A stretch of DNA of 64,000 bases from an uncultured cyanobacterium (lineage in GTDB: Bacteria > Cyanobacteriota > Cyanobacteriia > Pseudanabaenales > Pseudanabaenaceae): contig OY969811.1 of the NCBI GenBank assembly GCA_963703315.1, forward strand, positions 736,001 through 800,000, in the 5' to 3' direction. Every line of letters starts with the position of its first letter. Positions within the stretch are counted from its first letter, which is position 1. Below are positions 60,868 to 64,000 of the stretch, piece by piece. The notes beneath the pieces are model-generated. The model did not search any database. It was given only the letters and a program-made list of their open reading frames with translations, and was not told the DNA's origin. Made by a program: the position numbers and the translations under genes.

Positions 60868-61934
60868 GGCACTGGTCAGTAAATTAGTGATATGAGAAAA
60901 TAGAGGCAGAGTAAAGGAAAAAGCTATGGAATGCCCCCACTGCGATAGTCAAAAGATCATCAAAAATGGCAAACATCACCATCAAGACGGCAAAGCCATC
61001 CAAAACTATTTATGCAAAGAATGCGGCAAAAGATTCAGTGAAAGGACAGGAACGCCAATGTCAAGGCTGAGAACACCAGAAAATGTGGTTTCATTAGCAC
61101 TTAAGATGAGGAGTGAAGGAATGGGGATTAGAGCCAGTGGAAGAGTTCTAGAAAAATCTCATGTCAGCATCATGAGATGGGAGCAAAAATTGGCAACTCA
61201 GTCACAGCAATGGAGTCCAGATGCCCCAACAGGAGGAGATATAACAGTCGAGGGAGATGAGGTTTACACTCGCGTAGGCGAGAACCTCCCCCCCCTCAGA
61301 GTCAAAAGGGTGGACAATCACATTTATTGAGCGTGGGAGTCGCTACTGGATTGAAGCAAAAGCAGGAATGAAAACAACGGACTTATTTAAGCAAGCCATC
61401 AACACTGCATGGTCATGGGCAAAAACTAGTCAATACATTCGATGGTTTACCGATGGTGAAAGACGCTACGCTCAACAACTATGGCAAATGGCAAGTGTTT
61501 ATCTCAAATCATCGGAAGTCACTCGTGAATATGGACATCGCAAGGTATGGCGCTATGGATTGGAAGTTGCCATGAAAATTAAAGGTTCACAGGGAAAGCG
61601 TCGAGTCGAATGGGTCAAACCTGAGCATCCTTATACTGCCATCAGCGATAAGAGTGACGTTCATGCTAATCATAATGAAGCTAACAACAGTGCTTTGAGA
61701 AGAAGGTGTAGTGCTTTTCGCCGCAGACAAAACCTGTATGCTAAAAATACCGAGGGCTTGCAACGAGCAGTCACGGTACAACGCTTAATTCACAATTGGG
61801 TACGACCTCATGAGGGTTTGGGCAAGAACAAGACCCCTGCTATGGCAATCGGACTTTTTAATCGTCCCGTTTCTATGCTGGAATTACTATCATTAAGGGG
61901 CTTTCATTACCTCACTAATTAACTGACCAGTGCC
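60868..61934 (+). mobile_element. IS1-family insertion sequence
   Basis: 23-bp TIR GGCACTGGTCAGTWAATTAGTGA with 1 mismatch; 8-bp direct repeat ATTGGTTT at 60860-60867 and 61935-61942. Confidence 0.9.
60926..61922 (+). CDS. IS1-family transposase split by a frameshift at a C8 run
   Basis: Zn finger 'CPHC...CKEC', HTH, 'EGDEVY', 'TDG', 'E..NSALRRR'; the two frames join at 61288-61295. Confidence 0.8.
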
Positions 61935-62562
61935 ATTGGTTTGCAAATTCATAAACATACCAAAAAGCATTCTTTAGGCAATCTTGTCTGATTTTTAACT
62001 TGCCGATAGTACTGCCTAACACAAGATCATTATTTTCAAGTAAAGCCTGATCATTTTCACTTTCACAAAAATCATCTTGAAATATAAATAGTTGATTAAT
62101 AAATAGTTGATTATCTTTAGATTTTTCTTTGTAATAACTTTCATAAAAAATTACTGCAAATATATTAAGCAACTGTTGTTCCCCTCTGCCAGAATCTTCA
62201 AATTCACTATAATCTTCAAACATCTTAATAATATTAGGACATTTGAAAGAATATATAAGATTAGCGATTGAAGCAAAAAAAGCACCCCAGAAAAACATTT
62301 GCCATGAAAAAGGAAGCTCTAAATCTAATTTAATAAATTCTATATTTACTGTATTTATATATCTAAATAGTTTTGCGATTAATGGTACAAATGCTATCCA
62401 AAAATATGAAGACTTTAATATCCGACTCTCCCCAAAACCTCGTAGCTTTGACCATGAAGGACTAGAGAGATTCTTTATCTTTGATAATTGACGATAGAAA
62501 TTTTTTATCTGTAATAGCATAATTATCTACAAGCTGAATTTCATGACGATTTTCTACTAGAG

Positions 62563-63042
62563 TTATCTTTCCCAATTCATTTCTATATATTTATGATCAT
62601 TGTTGTTTTTTGTTTCTGAGACACGAAAACCGCGCTTCCTGTAAAAATCTATAGCTTTGCTGTTTTCCTCATATACAGCCAAAGTGATTTTGCTCTTTTC
62701 AGATTGAATATGTCGCATTAGAACACTGCCAAGTCCCTGACCCTGCGAATCTTTTTTGATAAAGAATGCACTCATAGCAGTCTCAGATATGAATGACGCG
62801 AACCCACATACTCTTCCATCTCTTTCAATTACAACACACTTAACGGCAACACATTCAACCTTCTGCGGAAAAATTAAGCCTTCCATCGCAGAAATTGACT
62901 TTTCCATTGTTTTCTGTTCCTTCGCAATATTTTGCTTGCCAAGGAAGGCATGAGCCTCTGCCGACGCTACTTTATGAATATAAAAAATGACGCTTTTATC
63001 AGTTCGTTGATATTCTCTAATATTAATGTTTGAATTAACCAT
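62563..63042 (-). CDS. GNAT-family acetyltransferase
   Basis: 'QGQGLGSVLM', 'NSKAIDFYRKRGF'. Confidence 0.88.
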   Translation of the reverse strand: MVNSNINIREYQRTDKSVIFYIHKVASAEAHAFLGKQNIAKEQKTMEKSISAMEGLIFPQKVECVAVKCVVIERDGRVCGFASFISETAMSAFFIKKDSQGQGLGSVLMRHIQSEKSKITLAVYEENSKAIDFYRKRGFRVSETKNNNDHKYIEMNWER

Positions 63043-63448
63043 GATTATTGCCTCTTAGTATTTCAACTCACACTAATACTTTCATCACTTACAAATTCAG
63101 CTTGGTTTAAATTTAGCCTTGACTGAAACTCACCTATTAAATTTGTATAACTTTATTACCTGTAACTTCATAAAAACCGAAATTTATCAAGTGATATATG
63201 AACTATATCAGATATTTTTTAGTTTTTATATGGCAAAAAAGCAATGTTTACGAGGTTGTATCAAAGGATAGGTCACTAATTCTTGCAAAAAGCATAAGGC
63301 TTTGAGTCGCAACTATTTTGATTTTTTCGCCTTCATTTACCCTTGCCCATAGGCGAAAGTCTTTAACAATGGACTGCAATCAGCAATCGCCATACAAGAA
63401 TGATGGAGATATTGCTATATTTATAGCGATCGCTTGATTAAAAAATTA

Positions 63449-64000
63449 ATGTTGAAGTTTGTTAACAAACTTGCTTGTTTAGCAATTTATGCAGGGCTAA
63501 GTACAGGGCTAAGCCTCGGTGTAATTAGCGCCATATCTCCCGCGTTGGCTGAAGATAGCAGTCTGGGGATTGTGATGCGGCGTGGACATTTGCGGGTGGG
63601 CATGGATGCGGCGATCGGTGGTCCCTATATGTTTTGGAATGCTAAAACCCAGTTTTATGATGGCTTTGAGTTAGAGATCATCCAAGCGATCGCCGCAAAA
63701 TTAAACATTGAACCACGTCCAATTAATATCCCTTGGGCAAATCAACCCGAAAACCTATCGTCACGACAGGTTGATATTGTTCTGAGTGCAAGGGAAGAAG
63801 GTGGATTAGAAACAGGTGATACTAAAGGTAAATTTATCGAAACTGCCCCTTACTATCGCAGCGCCCAACGCTTATTAATTCGGGCTGACGGCACACAAAT
63901 TAAGTCTTTGCGTGACATGATCGGTAAACGGGTTGGGGTTGTGGCAAATAGCGGAGGCACAGCGATCGCCGAAACCTATAATAAGAACAGGGGTAATGCC
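63449..64000 (+). CDS. amino-acid ABC transporter substrate-binding protein (SBP family 3), 3' end outside the window
   Basis: Manual translation MLKFVNKLACLAIYAG...RRGHLRVGMDAAIGGPY...DGFELEIIQAIAAKL...PW...VDIVLS...PYY; absent from the track because it has no stop in the window. Confidence 0.8.
   Translation, partial: MLKFVNKLACLAIYAGLSTGLSLGVISAISPALAEDSSLGIVMRRGHLRVGMDAAIGGPYMFWNAKTQFYDGFELEIIQAIAAKLNIEPRPINIPWANQPENLSSRQVDIVLSAREEGGLETGDTKGKFIETAPYYRSAQRLLIRADGTQIKSLRDMIGKRVGVVANSGGTAIAETYNKNRGNA

Larger units (their letters stand above)
60744..62520 (-). pseudogene. AT-rich membrane protein gene interrupted by the IS1-family element
   Basis: ORF 61915-62520 runs into the IS end; removing the IS and one ATTGGTTT copy continues the frame ...FANQ-LEVVYRRICCISYVLGFSLFFYVLAQNIWFVFVNTFFK* to 60744. 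Confidence 0.8.
1..64000. repeat. HIP1 octamer GCGATCGC dispersed through native genes
   Basis: Very many occurrences (e.g. 462, 653, 783, 29201, 29791, 30387); not seen in the AT-rich islands or the IS elements. Confidence 0.95.

Noticed and set aside
2419..62953. Many 60-180 aa ORFs nested antisense or out of frame within strong genes (e.g. 12681, 16444, 17818, 35282, 38185, 40675, 52172)
   Set aside because: No recognisable motifs; explained as shadows of the well-supported genes.
1..64000. tRNA, rRNA, riboswitch or prophage genes
   Set aside because: No cloverleaf, rRNA-like sequence, recognisable aptamer or phage structural gene was seen by eye; an Infernal/tRNAscan-SE run would be needed to exclude small RNAs.

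Overview
Chromosomal window from a cyanobacterium: the HIP1 octamer GCGATCGC is very frequent and psaE and cpcT are present. The style of the intergenic palindromes suggests Pseudanabaena, which is an inference. Most genes are housekeeping: accC, argF, an Mrp/Mnh antiporter operon, mltG, ruvX, eda, bcp, folP, lpdA, a Ski2/HelY-like helicase, devB/devC, gltX, psaE and mutM. There is also a signalling cluster (Ser/Thr kinase-AAA-histidine kinase, membrane histidine kinase, Rcp1-type receiver) and a CHAT protease. An accessory stretch at about 20.8-31.5 kb holds the most interesting material: (1) a degenerate phycobiliprotein-fold protein with an acidic Trp tail next to cpcT, (2) a pentapeptide-repeat gene bracketed by ~45-bp inverted repeats, (3) a PARIS-like ABC-ATPase + DUF4435 pair, and (4) an RHH gene split by a mini-IS that heads a tandem DUF29 array with constant ends and variable middles. 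Mobile DNA includes a complete ISAs1 element, an IS1-family element that splits a membrane-protein gene, and two inverted copies of a 150-bp MITE with 5-bp target duplications. About 25 intergenic hairpins have unrelated stems but share a GC-NNA-GC triloop. No rRNA, tRNA or CRISPR array was recognised. All domain calls come from motif recognition by eye, not database searches.
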